A stretch of 64,000 bases of DNA from Clostridia bacterium (GTDB lineage: Bacteria; Bacillota; Clostridia; UBA1212; DUPL01): assembly GCA_050951325.1 (NCBI GenBank), contig JBMNIW010000003.1, positions 1 to 64,000 of the forward strand. Direction: 5' to 3'. A program made the position numbers and the translations under genes. The notes under the pieces are model-generated. The model made no database searches. It had not been told where the DNA came from and saw nothing but the letters and a program-made list of their open reading frames with translations. The number at the start of each line of letters is the position of its first letter. The stretch's first letter is position 1. This document shows, piece after piece, positions 21,475 to 29,776 of the stretch.

Positions 21475-21595
21475 CAGGGATAATGCTTTATTTTATATAG
21501 AAAACTTATTAAACGGCTGAATATTGGCGTTTGGTTACTATAAAATTTTTTCTGAAATTTACCCTTATTTTTGTGCCATTTTTTATTTATTACTA

Positions 21596-21809
21596 TGTTC
21601 AGTTACAAATAAGTTTGCTCACGGAGTGACAAAGTTTGCTCGTGTTGAAATGTAGTTGTTGCAAGGCTTCTCGCTGTTTCTTCCCTTGTAGTGACAAAGT
21701 TTGCTCGCGGGTTTTATTACCTTAAAAAATATAAAAAAAGATATAAAAAATGAGAAAATGACAAGCGAGTTTGCTCGTGAGCAGTGAAGAATGACAAAGT
21801 TTGCTCGTG
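21596..21809 (+). repeat. Tn7-type end (left-end-like) with five TnsB-site-like repeats, reading inward toward rpsI
   Basis: Starts TGTT at 21596; sites TTACAAATAAGTTTGCTCA 21603, TGACAAAGTTTGCTCG at 21627, 21692 and 21792, TGACAAGCGAGTTTGCTCG 21759; resemble the Tn7 TnsB site core GACAATAAAGT. Confidence 0.8.
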
Positions 21810-21967
21810 GAAGGTTTACTAATAAAATGAGTATTCATACGCAGGGTATAACCTACGGGAGGAAATATCGAAACCACCTACACATCTGAATTCTACTTGC
21901 TTTCGAGGGATTAAAACTGCGTCCGGATTTCATATTTTATACATTGTTATATGCTTTTTTACACAAC

Positions 21968-22005
21968 AAAAAACCGCCAAAGGTTTTTATACCTATGACG
22001 GTTTT
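21968..22005 (-). terminator. Intrinsic terminator inside the transposon end, serving rplM-rpsI
   Basis: Minus strand AAAACCGTCATAGGT-ATAAAA-ACCTTTGGCGGTTTTTT. Confidence 0.85.
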
Positions 22006-22059
22006 GTAAACTCGTAAACAAACTTTGTAAGTTTGAACAAACTCGTGTGTAATGAAACA
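22006..22059 (-). repeat. Tn7-type end (right-end-like) adjacent to rpsI
   Basis: Minus strand TGTTTCATTACACACGAGTTTGTTCAAACTTACAAAGTTTGTTTACGAGTTTAC; 19/26 identical to the 21596 terminus, first site at position 8 in both ends. Confidence 0.8.
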
Positions 22060-22064
22060 ATATG

Positions 22065-22454
22065 TTATCTCTTTGAAAACTGTGGAGCACGACGAGCTTT
22101 TTTCAAGCCGTACTTCTTTCTCTCCTTCATTCTTGGATCTCTTGTGAGGAATCCAGCTTTCTTGAGAGGTTCTCTAAACGAATCGTCGGCATCATTAAGC
22201 GCTCTTGCAACACCATGTCTAATAGCTCCAGCCTGTCCGGTGAATCCTCCACCTTTAACACTGGCAACTATGTCATACTTACCTTCAGTATTTGTAACCT
22301 GCAATGGCTGTCTTACAATTGTTTTCAAAGTCTCAAGACCGAAATAATCATCAATGGATCTGCCATTAATGGTAATCTGACCTGTACCTGGATAAAGTCT
22401 AACCCTGGCTACAGCTTTCTTTCTTCTACCAGTTCCGTAAAAATATTCTGCCAT
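22065..22454 (-). CDS. rpsI: 30S ribosomal protein S9
   Basis: [38 protein letters not shown]. Confidence 0.99.
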   Translation of the reverse strand: MAEYFYGTGRRKKAVARVRLYPGTGQITINGRSIDDYFGLETLKTIVRQPLQVTNTEGKYDIVASVKGGGFTGQAGAIRHGVARALNDADDSFREPLKKAGFLTRDPRMKERKKYGLKKARRAPQFSKR

Positions 22455-22473
22455 CTAAATAACCTCCTTCCAG

Positions 22474-22884
22474 TTAGATTTCATAAACTTCGGGCTTTTG
22501 AGCCTGATTCTTGTGTTCAGGACCTGCATATACCTTGAGTTTCCTAAACATGGCTCTTCCAAGAGAATTCTTTGGCAGCATTCCCTTGACAGCCGCTTCT
22601 ACTGGAAATGTTGGACGTTTCTTGATCATGTCTTTAAAAGGTGTCTCCTTGAGTCCACCAGGATATCCAGAATGACGTCTGTATATTTTATCAGTGTATT
22701 TCTTTCCAGTAACTATAACCTTGTCTGCATTGATAACTATAACATAGTCACCATTATCCGCATGAGGTGCGTATGTGGGCTTGTGTTTTCCCATAAGCAG
22801 TCTTGAAACTTCTGTTGCCAATCTGCCAAGGGTTTTGCCTTCTGCATCAACCACATACCACTTTTTTTCATTGTTGTTTGGCAT
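22474..22884 (-). CDS. rplM: 50S ribosomal protein L13
   Basis: [35 protein letters not shown]. Confidence 0.99.
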   Translation of the reverse strand: MPNNNEKKWYVVDAEGKTLGRLATEVSRLLMGKHKPTYAPHADNGDYVIVINADKVIVTGKKYTDKIYRRHSGYPGGLKETPFKDMIKKRPTFPVEAAVKGMLPKNSLGRAMFRKLKVYAGPEHKNQAQKPEVYEI

Positions 22885-22930
22885 GGTTTTACCTCCTATT
22901 CTATTGTTAAGCCATAAAAGGCACTAGAAT

Positions 22931-22959
22931 ATACTACTTGATTTTATTAAGCATGTCAA
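22931..22959 (-). promoter_or_regulatory. Sigma-A promoter of rplM-rpsI
   Basis: TTGACA-17 bp-TAGTAT. Confidence 0.7.
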
Positions 22960-23126
22960 CTAACTTTTTGATAAAATTCAATATATATCTCTTATTCTCT
23001 TTATTTCTCTTTAAATATCTCTTTTTCTCTCGTTTTCTCACTCTCTGTCCTATTAATTTGGACAATATACATAAAAAGCGTTTTGTGCTATACTATCTGC
23101 GAATAATATATATTCTGGAGGTATTT

Positions 23127-24074
23127 ATGTATAGGATAGGAATTGATTTGGGTGGAACAAATATTGCAGCTGGATTGGTGGATGAAAACGGAACACTGAT
23201 TCACAAGGACAGTACTCCAACAAACAAGAATGCAAAAGACACCGAGATAGTATATAACATGTGGGAACTGGTGTCAAAGATTATAAATGATAACAACTTG
23301 CAGGAAAACGATATAAAATCCATAGGAATTGGATGTCCGGGATCTTTCGATGCGGAGAAAGGAGTTATTATGCTTACAGTAAATCTCCCCTTCAGACAGA
23401 CTCCTGTAAGAGAAGTGTTTGCAAAACATACTTCGATTCCTGTATATCTCAACAATGATGGAAACTGTGCAGCTTTGGGAGAATTCATTGCAGGCGGAGC
23501 GAAGAATTACAAAAACTCCCTCACCTTTACATTAGGAACAGGAGTTGGTGGTGGAATCATCATAGATGGCAAGATATATAATGGATTCAACTTTGCGGCA
23601 GGAGAACTTGGCCACATGGTTATAAGGGTGGATGGAGAACCCTGCACTTGTGGTCGTCTTGGATGCTTTGAGTCTTATGCATCCGCTTCAGCTTTGATAC
23701 GTGAAACTGTAAAGTCTTTGAAGGAAAACAAGAGTCCCGTTATAGCGGAGCTGTGTGATGAAGATCCAGCCAAAATAAATGCCAAGACTGCATTTGATGC
23801 AAAGAGAATGGGAGATCCGGAAGGAACAAGAATTGTTGATGAGTATATAAAGAATCTGGGAGAGGGATTAATAAACTATATCAACATATTCCAGCCTGAG
23901 ATAATTTTGATAGGCGGCGGTGTATCAAAAGAAGGAGAGTACCTTTTGGAACCGCTTAGGAATTACATTAATAAATTTGTATACGGCAGCGGGCTTCTTG
24001 ATCATACTAAAATTGAAATTGCGCTTTTGGGCAACGATGCAGGTATTATCGGCGCTGCAATGCTAGATAGTTGA
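23127..24074 (+). CDS. ROK family sugar kinase (glucokinase-like)
   Basis: IGIDLGGT, NNDGNCAALGE, TLGTGVGGG, GELGH, CTCGRLGCFE; start at MYRIG behind GGAGG. Confidence 0.92.
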   Translation: MYRIGIDLGGTNIAAGLVDENGTLIHKDSTPTNKNAKDTEIVYNMWELVSKIINDNNLQENDIKSIGIGCPGSFDAEKGVIMLTVNLPFRQTPVREVFAKHTSIPVYLNNDGNCAALGEFIAGGAKNYKNSLTFTLGTGVGGGIIIDGKIYNGFNFAAGELGHMVIRVDGEPCTCGRLGCFESYASASALIRETVKSLKENKSPVIAELCDEDPAKINAKTAFDAKRMGDPEGTRIVDEYIKNLGEGLINYINIFQPEIILIGGGVSKEGEYLLEPLRNYINKFVYGSGLLDHTKIEIALLGNDAGIIGAAMLDS

Positions 24075-24814
24075 TTATGAATATTAGGCTTGTCTTGCAG
24101 TTTGATGGAACCAGATATTGTGGATGGCAGAAACAGAAAAGCCACATAACTGTGCAGTCGGTGGCAGAAAAGACTCTGTCAAAACTATTAGGTCACAAGG
24201 TCGACGTAATAGGCTGCAGTAGAACCGATGCCGGCGTGCACGCTCTTTGCTACAATGCAAATTTCCATACAGATACTAACATTCCTCCGGACAAGATATC
24301 TTATGCTGTAAATCCTCTTCTTCCGGAGGATATTGTTGTACTTGAATCATGCCTTGTTAGCGACGATTTTCACGCAAGATACGATGCGAAAAGTAAAACC
24401 TACAAGTATCTGGTGCATGCATCTCCAAGAAGAAATCCACTTTTAAATAATAGGGTCTGGCATGTAAATAGAGAGCTTGATTTGGCTTTGATGCAAAAAG
24501 CGGCAATGCATATTCAAGGAAAAAGAGAGTACGATGCCTTCAGGGCCCAGGGAGGATATGCAAAAACTACCACCCGTACTGTATTCCACACTACGGTCAA
24601 ACAGGAGTATCTTCCTAATATATACTCCATTGAAGTCTGTGGAGATGGATTTTTATACAACATGGTAAGAATAATTGCCGGAACTCTTGTATATGTTGGC
24701 CTTGGAAAGATTGCACCTGACAACATACCTTTTATTATTGAATCAAAAGACAGAACAAAAGCGGGGATAACCGCCCCGCCCCATGGTCTGTATTTGTATG
24801 ACGTCAGTTATTGA
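24071..24814 (+). CDS. truA: tRNA pseudouridine(38-40) synthase
   Basis: FDGTRYCGWQKQ, SRTDAGVHA, GFLYNMVRI, TAPPHGLYL. Confidence 0.96.
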   Translation: MIMNIRLVLQFDGTRYCGWQKQKSHITVQSVAEKTLSKLLGHKVDVIGCSRTDAGVHALCYNANFHTDTNIPPDKISYAVNPLLPEDIVVLESCLVSDDFHARYDAKSKTYKYLVHASPRRNPLLNNRVWHVNRELDLALMQKAAMHIQGKREYDAFRAQGGYAKTTTRTVFHTTVKQEYLPNIYSIEVCGDGFLYNMVRIIAGTLVYVGLGKIAPDNIPFIIESKDRTKAGITAPPHGLYLYDVSY

Positions 24815-25988
24815 CAGACACTTCCCTGACACCATCTCCTATTCTGCAAATATAAAAGTCTGCTTGTAATCCTGTTCTTTCTGTGTATTTTCCGCCCACA
24901 TTCTTTTTAAAACTTTCAATCTTATCTTTGTGGACAATATTGACAGTGCAGCCGCCGAAACCGGCTCCTGTCATTCTGCTTCCTATGCACCCTTCCTCTT
25001 CCATTGCCAAATCAAATAACGTATCAAGTTCGATACCTGTAACTTCATACAAATATCTGATGGAATCATTAGCTTCGCACAAGATTTGTCCAAAACTTAC
25101 AAGGTCTCCTTGCTTTAATACCTTTGTTGCGTGCAAAACCCTTTCATTCTCATATATCACGTGTTTTACACGCTTCCTTATTATATCATCTGTTATATAT
25201 TCATCATACTTTAAGTAATCTTCCACAGTATAGTTGCATAAATATGGACGTTTGTCATCAGGAGCTGCAGTGTGAATATACGAAAGACCTTTCTCCACTT
25301 CCTGCCTTCTTTCATTGTACTTGGAGCTCCCCAATTTATGTTTCACATTAGTGTTGGCCAATATCAACACATAATCACCAAGGTCAAGAGGCACGTATTC
25401 ATATTCCAATGTATCGCAATTAAGAAGAATTGCACAATCCTTTTTGCCCATGGCGGAAGCAAACTGGTCCATGATACCGCAGTTTACACCAACAAAATTG
25501 TTTTCACATCTCTTCCCCATTAACGCAATCTCAATACGATTGGGCATTTCATTTGCAAATAAGCTGGCAAGCGCATAGCCTGTGACCACTTCAATAGAAG
25601 CTGATGAGGACAAGCCCGCTCCAAAAGGCAGTGTGCTGTCATATAGCATGTCCACGCCTCTTACGTTTATACCAGCTTCAAGCAGTTCTTTTGCCATGCC
25701 TGCCTGGTAGTTCCCCCATTTCAGCTCTTTGGCCTTATCTATATCTGACAAATCAGCAGTATATACACGCGCAAGATCAGTTGCACACATATTCATTTTG
25801 CTTGTGCCGTTTTCCCTTACAGCAACAACATTGTCCAGAGTAAGTGCTGCAGGAAATACATAACCACCGCAATAGTCGATATGTTCGCCTATCAGATTAA
25901 CTCTTCCGGGCGCAGCAAAAAATCGAATCTGTCTGTCTGATTTTCCAAACATTCTAATGAATTCTTCTGTTAATTTCTTCATCCTCAT
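24804..25988 (-). CDS. galK: Galactokinase
   Basis: APGRVNLIGEHIDY, GAGLSSSAS, CGIMDQF, RMTGAGFGGC. Confidence 0.96.
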   Translation of the reverse strand: MRMKKLTEEFIRMFGKSDRQIRFFAAPGRVNLIGEHIDYCGGYVFPAALTLDNVVAVRENGTSKMNMCATDLARVYTADLSDIDKAKELKWGNYQAGMAKELLEAGINVRGVDMLYDSTLPFGAGLSSSASIEVVTGYALASLFANEMPNRIEIALMGKRCENNFVGVNCGIMDQFASAMGKKDCAILLNCDTLEYEYVPLDLGDYVLILANTNVKHKLGSSKYNERRQEVEKGLSYIHTAAPDDKRPYLCNYTVEDYLKYDEYITDDIIRKRVKHVIYENERVLHATKVLKQGDLVSFGQILCEANDSIRYLYEVTGIELDTLFDLAMEEEGCIGSRMTGAGFGGCTVNIVHKDKIESFKKNVGGKYTERTGLQADFYICRIGDGVREVSVNN

Positions 25989-26104
25989 TTCTCCATTTAT
26001 CCCCTTTTCATTGTTGTTGATTTTCCGATAATAATAGTATATAATGTAATATGGATTTAGTATATACCTTTTAGGTAAATATTTACTTGCTAGGAGTTTT
26101 TAAA

Positions 26105-26593
26105 ATGAATTACTCTATAGGAGACAGAATAGTGTACCCAATGCACGGAGCCGGTGTAATAACTTCGATTGAAACAAGAGAAGTAATGGGTGAAATGAAG
26201 GAATATTATTTTCTCGAGCTCCCATATGGCAGCACTGTTCTTATGATACCGGTGGATGGTCTCGAGGCCAATGGTGTACGAGACATAATTGATCAGAATG
26301 AGGTTCCAAACGTACTTGAACACTTTAGGACTTCTTGTCTTGAATGTAACAGCAACTGGAACAAGAGACAAAGAGAAAACCTGGAAAGACTGAAATCGGG
26401 TAACATTTTTGATGTTATCGATGTGTACAAGGCTCTTTATATCAGAGAACTTGATAAGAACCTGTCCACAGGCGAAAAGAAGATGCTTACTACTGCAAGA
26501 AACATTTTGTTTAGCGAACTGATGCTGTCGACAGGAAGAACAGAAGAAGAAGTTGAAGAACTTGTGAATAACGCAATGGGGCTTGATGACTGA
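26105..26593 (+). CDS. carD: CarD family transcriptional regulator
   Basis: GDRIVYPMHGAG, NWNKR, LSTGEKKML. Confidence 0.92.
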   Translation: MNYSIGDRIVYPMHGAGVITSIETREVMGEMKEYYFLELPYGSTVLMIPVDGLEANGVRDIIDQNEVPNVLEHFRTSCLECNSNWNKRQRENLERLKSGNIFDVIDVYKALYIRELDKNLSTGEKKMLTTARNILFSELMLSTGRTEEEVEELVNNAMGLDD

Positions 26594-27069
26594 TGAATGA
26601 CTCGAAAAATTACGGACAGATTCTACTATATTCTTTTCTTGGAGGACTTGGCGGTGCGATACCCTTTTTGGCTATTAACTTTTTCGCCAAAACACTGATT
26701 GGGCCTTTGTATCTCCTTGTCGGCTTTTCAGCCTATTCCCTTTACCTGTTTTTTGTTGATAAAAGAGATAAAAAGGCTTTAAGCCTGTTGTTTGTGATTA
26801 TTGGAATATTGATGTCAGTTGTTATTTCCCAGCTGATTTTCTTTTCCTTTGATCCTACTTTTACAAAACAGGCTTCCGGGAATGTCATAGACAAGGCAGT
26901 CGAAATTCTTTCCAACAGCCTATCGATGTATTTATTGGCAGTTGGACTATATTTCATACTTTCCCTTATAGGTTTGTTAATCACATATTATGTATTCAAG
27001 TTCTTGAAATATGACAAGGTAGTATACAAGGAGTACAGAAAGAGAAATGCCAGAAAGAAAAAGATTTAG
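26593..27069 (+). CDS. Hypothetical membrane protein
   Basis: 158 aa, ~4 hydrophobic segments, coupled to carD. Confidence 0.75.
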   Translation: MNDSKNYGQILLYSFLGGLGGAIPFLAINFFAKTLIGPLYLLVGFSAYSLYLFFVDKRDKKALSLLFVIIGILMSVVISQLIFFSFDPTFTKQASGNVIDKAVEILSNSLSMYLLAVGLYFILSLIGLLITYYVFKFLKYDKVVYKEYRKRNARKKKI

Positions 27070-27868
27070 TTATTTATTCAGCGAAGCTGTGAACATATTC
27101 AGAAGGAATATTTCAATTTTCCTATTATTGACACTGTTTGTATTTTTGCCGCTTTCATTGGCAAACGTTTACATTGCAGACAGGATAATCGATACAGAAC
27201 TGTTAAATGATTATCTTTCCAATTTTGAGTCCTATCTCAATACTACGGATTATGAGAAAATTGCAAACATATCTGCTCTGACAAAACAGTTCACAACATA
27301 TATTCTTGTATCCTTTATTCTGTCGTTGTTCTCCCTTGTAGGAGATATAGTGGTAATTAAAACTACATATGAAAGGCAGAATGGAATACATAGGTCCTTT
27401 TTCGAGGTCTTTGAGGATTCTGTAAAACAGTTTCCCAAAGTTCTCGGAATATTTCTCATTACTAGATTTTTTATCTCTCTGGGAATCTTTCTGATAATCC
27501 CAAGTCTTTACATGATCTTTCTGTTTGGATTTGTAATCCAAGTGGTTGTAATCTACAACATTGGAGGATTCAAGGCATTAAGGCATGCGGTTAGAGTATC
27601 GAGAACCGATCTTCTAAGAGTCGTGGGATATAAATTGTTTCCAGTGTTACTACTTGTTCCGCTCACTTTTGTTTCATCAATCTTGTTTGAATTTATATCA
27701 AACAAGTACGTTATTGATGTTATAAATGTAATAAAGCTGTCTTTAGACAGCCTCATTATGTGCATAGGAACAATTCTTGTTACACTCTTGTTCTTCGACA
27801 TGCAAAAGCTTGTCGGAGAACCTGTAGATATCATGTCTGCTCAGAATTACTCAAGCGGCCAATCATAA
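27047..27868 (+). CDS. Polytopic membrane protein
   Basis: 273 aa, multiple TM segments, overlaps the upstream gene. Confidence 0.75.
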   Translation: MPERKRFSYLFSEAVNIFRRNISIFLLLTLFVFLPLSLANVYIADRIIDTELLNDYLSNFESYLNTTDYEKIANISALTKQFTTYILVSFILSLFSLVGDIVVIKTTYERQNGIHRSFFEVFEDSVKQFPKVLGIFLITRFFISLGIFLIIPSLYMIFLFGFVIQVVVIYNIGGFKALRHAVRVSRTDLLRVVGYKLFPVLLLVPLTFVSSILFEFISNKYVIDVINVIKLSLDSLIMCIGTILVTLLFFDMQKLVGEPVDIMSAQNYSSGQS

Positions 27869-28407
27869 AGGATACCTTTGCGTACCTTTTCGGCCTCTTC
27901 TTCCTTTCCAAGGGATTTGGCAATAAGTAATGCAAAATCAATAGCACCGCCTACACCACAGCCGGTAACGACATTGCCATCCCTTACTGCTTTTACTTTT
28001 TTGTAATTCACAGCGCTTTCATCAATGCAATTAGGATATGCAGTAACATTCTTGTTTTTTAATACACCCGCTCTTTCGAGTATGCAAGGTGCGGCACATA
28101 TTGCTGCAAGAACCTTGCCATTTTTGTCATACTCTTTTACAAGATTAATAACCCTTTCATCATCCCTTAAATTGTGTGCGTTTGGTAGTCCGCCAGGGAG
28201 AAGCAAACCATCATAACCCTCTGCATTCAAATCTTCAATCAAGGTATCAGTAACCATTTTGATATCATGAGCTCCGGTTATTTCTCTGCTTCCTGTTATG
28301 CTTGCAACATCAACCTCAATATCACATCTTCTCAAGATATCAATGACCGTTATTGCCTCAATCTCCTCAAAACCGTTTGAAATTAGCATCAATGTCTTCA
28401 TAAACAA
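27847..28407 (-). CDS. DJ-1/PfpI (YajL/ThiJ) family protein
   Basis: GFEEIEA, LLLPGG, AAICAAP nucleophile Cys. Confidence 0.92.
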   Translation of the reverse strand: MFMKTLMLISNGFEEIEAITVIDILRRCDIEVDVASITGSREITGAHDIKMVTDTLIEDLNAEGYDGLLLPGGLPNAHNLRDDERVINLVKEYDKNGKVLAAICAAPCILERAGVLKNKNVTAYPNCIDESAVNYKKVKAVRDGNVVTGCGVGGAIDFALLIAKSLGKEEEAEKVRKGILYDWPLE

Positions 28408-28418
28408 TCATCCTCCCT

Positions 28419-29774
28419 TTATTTTAACAACAATTCATTCAGCTCCTGAATAGAGCTTATTGAAACTATTTTATCACTATCTTGTGACTTTAGCTTGTTT
28501 CCTTTAGGAATAATGCACTTCGTAAAACCAAGCCTTATGGCTTCAGATACCCGCTTGTCCACATGGCTTACAGTCCTTATCTCCCCCGTCAAACCAATCT
28601 CACCACAGAATACCATCCCAGGATCCAGGCTCAAATCCCTGTAGGATGACAAGATAGCAGCCACAACGGGCATGTCTACAGCGGGCTCGGTAATCCTAAT
28701 ACCCCCTATAACGTTCACATACACGTCGAAATTGGACAGTTTCAAGCCCAGCCTTTTTTCCATTACAGCAATGAGCAATGACAGTCTGTTCACATCAAAA
28801 CCCGTTGCCATCCTTCTGGCATTCATGAAACCGGATCTGGTCACCAGAGCCTGTACCTCAATAAGCATGGGCCTTGTACCTTCCATGGTACATACAACGG
28901 CTGTGCCTGGACAATCCACAGGACGTCCAGAGAGAAGCGCCAGTGAAGGATTCTGAACCTCGACAAGGCCATTTTCCTTCATTTCAAATACGCCTATTTC
29001 ATTTGTGGAACCAAACCTGTTTTTAACACTTCTTAAAACTCTGTAAGTTTGGTGCCTTTCACCTTCAAAGTACAGTACGGTATCTACCATGTGCTCAAGC
29101 ACCATAGGACCAGCAATTGCTCCTCCCTTGGTTACATGACCGACTATGAACACACTTATGCCCTGCGTCTTTGCAATCTGCATAAGAGTATTTGTAGTCT
29201 CTCTAACCTGGCTTACACTACCTGGTGCTGATTGTATTGCATCATCATACAATGTCTGTATGGAGTCTACAACAAGATAACCCGGCTGGAACTCTTCAAT
29301 CAGCCTTGTAACGGAGTCTATATTTGTCTCCGAAACCAAATACAACTCTTTTGCATCCACATTAAGCCTTTTGGCACGCATCTTGATCTGCCGTACAGAT
29401 TCTTCTCCAGATACATACAAAACCCTGTTGCTTTTTGCGATATTTCCGGATAGCATGAGCATAAGAGTTGACTTTCCGACACCGGGGTCTCCCGCAATCA
29501 AAATCATCGAACCCTTGACAACTCCCCCACCAATAACTCTGTCCAGCTCATCAATGGATGTGCTTAACCGTTTCTCATCCTCGATGGATACCTCATTGAT
29601 GGATACGGCTTTAGGAGTGTTTCTGATGCCTGTATTGCCGGCACCAGAAACCTCCTTGGTTATCTTCTCTTCCACAAATGTATTCCATTGGGTACAGCCT
29701 GGACACTTGCCAAGCCAGCCTGCGGACTCGTATCCGCATTCGGTACAATAGAATTTTGTCTTGCTCTTCGCCAT
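28419..29774 (-). CDS. radA: DNA repair protein RadA/Sms
   Basis: C4 zinc finger, GDPGVGKS, KNRFG. Confidence 0.97.
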   Translation of the reverse strand: MAKSKTKFYCTECGYESAGWLGKCPGCTQWNTFVEEKITKEVSGAGNTGIRNTPKAVSINEVSIEDEKRLSTSIDELDRVIGGGVVKGSMILIAGDPGVGKSTLMLMLSGNIAKSNRVLYVSGEESVRQIKMRAKRLNVDAKELYLVSETNIDSVTRLIEEFQPGYLVVDSIQTLYDDAIQSAPGSVSQVRETTNTLMQIAKTQGISVFIVGHVTKGGAIAGPMVLEHMVDTVLYFEGERHQTYRVLRSVKNRFGSTNEIGVFEMKENGLVEVQNPSLALLSGRPVDCPGTAVVCTMEGTRPMLIEVQALVTRSGFMNARRMATGFDVNRLSLLIAVMEKRLGLKLSNFDVYVNVIGGIRITEPAVDMPVVAAILSSYRDLSLDPGMVFCGEIGLTGEIRTVSHVDKRVSEAIRLGFTKCIIPKGNKLKSQDSDKIVSISSIQELNELLLK

Positions 29775-29776
29775 GG

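Larger units (their letters stand above)
1..22059 (-). mobile_element. Tn7-like transposon / genomic island at the 3' end of rpsI carrying BREX; distal boundary not seen in the window
   Basis: tnsABCD operon, TGT end 5 bp after the rpsI stop, AT-richer composition than the flanking core genes, defence cargo. Confidence 0.8.

Noticed and set aside
21591-21595. Target-site duplication around the 464-bp mini-element
   Set aside because: The left flank TACTA does not match the right flank ATATG.
21603-21809. Possible mini CRISPR array (repeated TGACAAAGTTTGCTCG) implying a CAST
   Set aside because: Repeats are only 16-19 bp, gaps are very unequal (about 5, 49, 51 and 14 bp), inverted copies occur at the TGT terminus, and no cas gene is in the window. 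They fit TnsB sites.
22938-23126. N-terminal extensions in track ORFs (ROK kinase; likewise XRE regulator, cysE, ABC-F, 63001 ORF)
   Set aside because: The extensions are intergenic or antisense sequence; clear SD-linked starts lie downstream.
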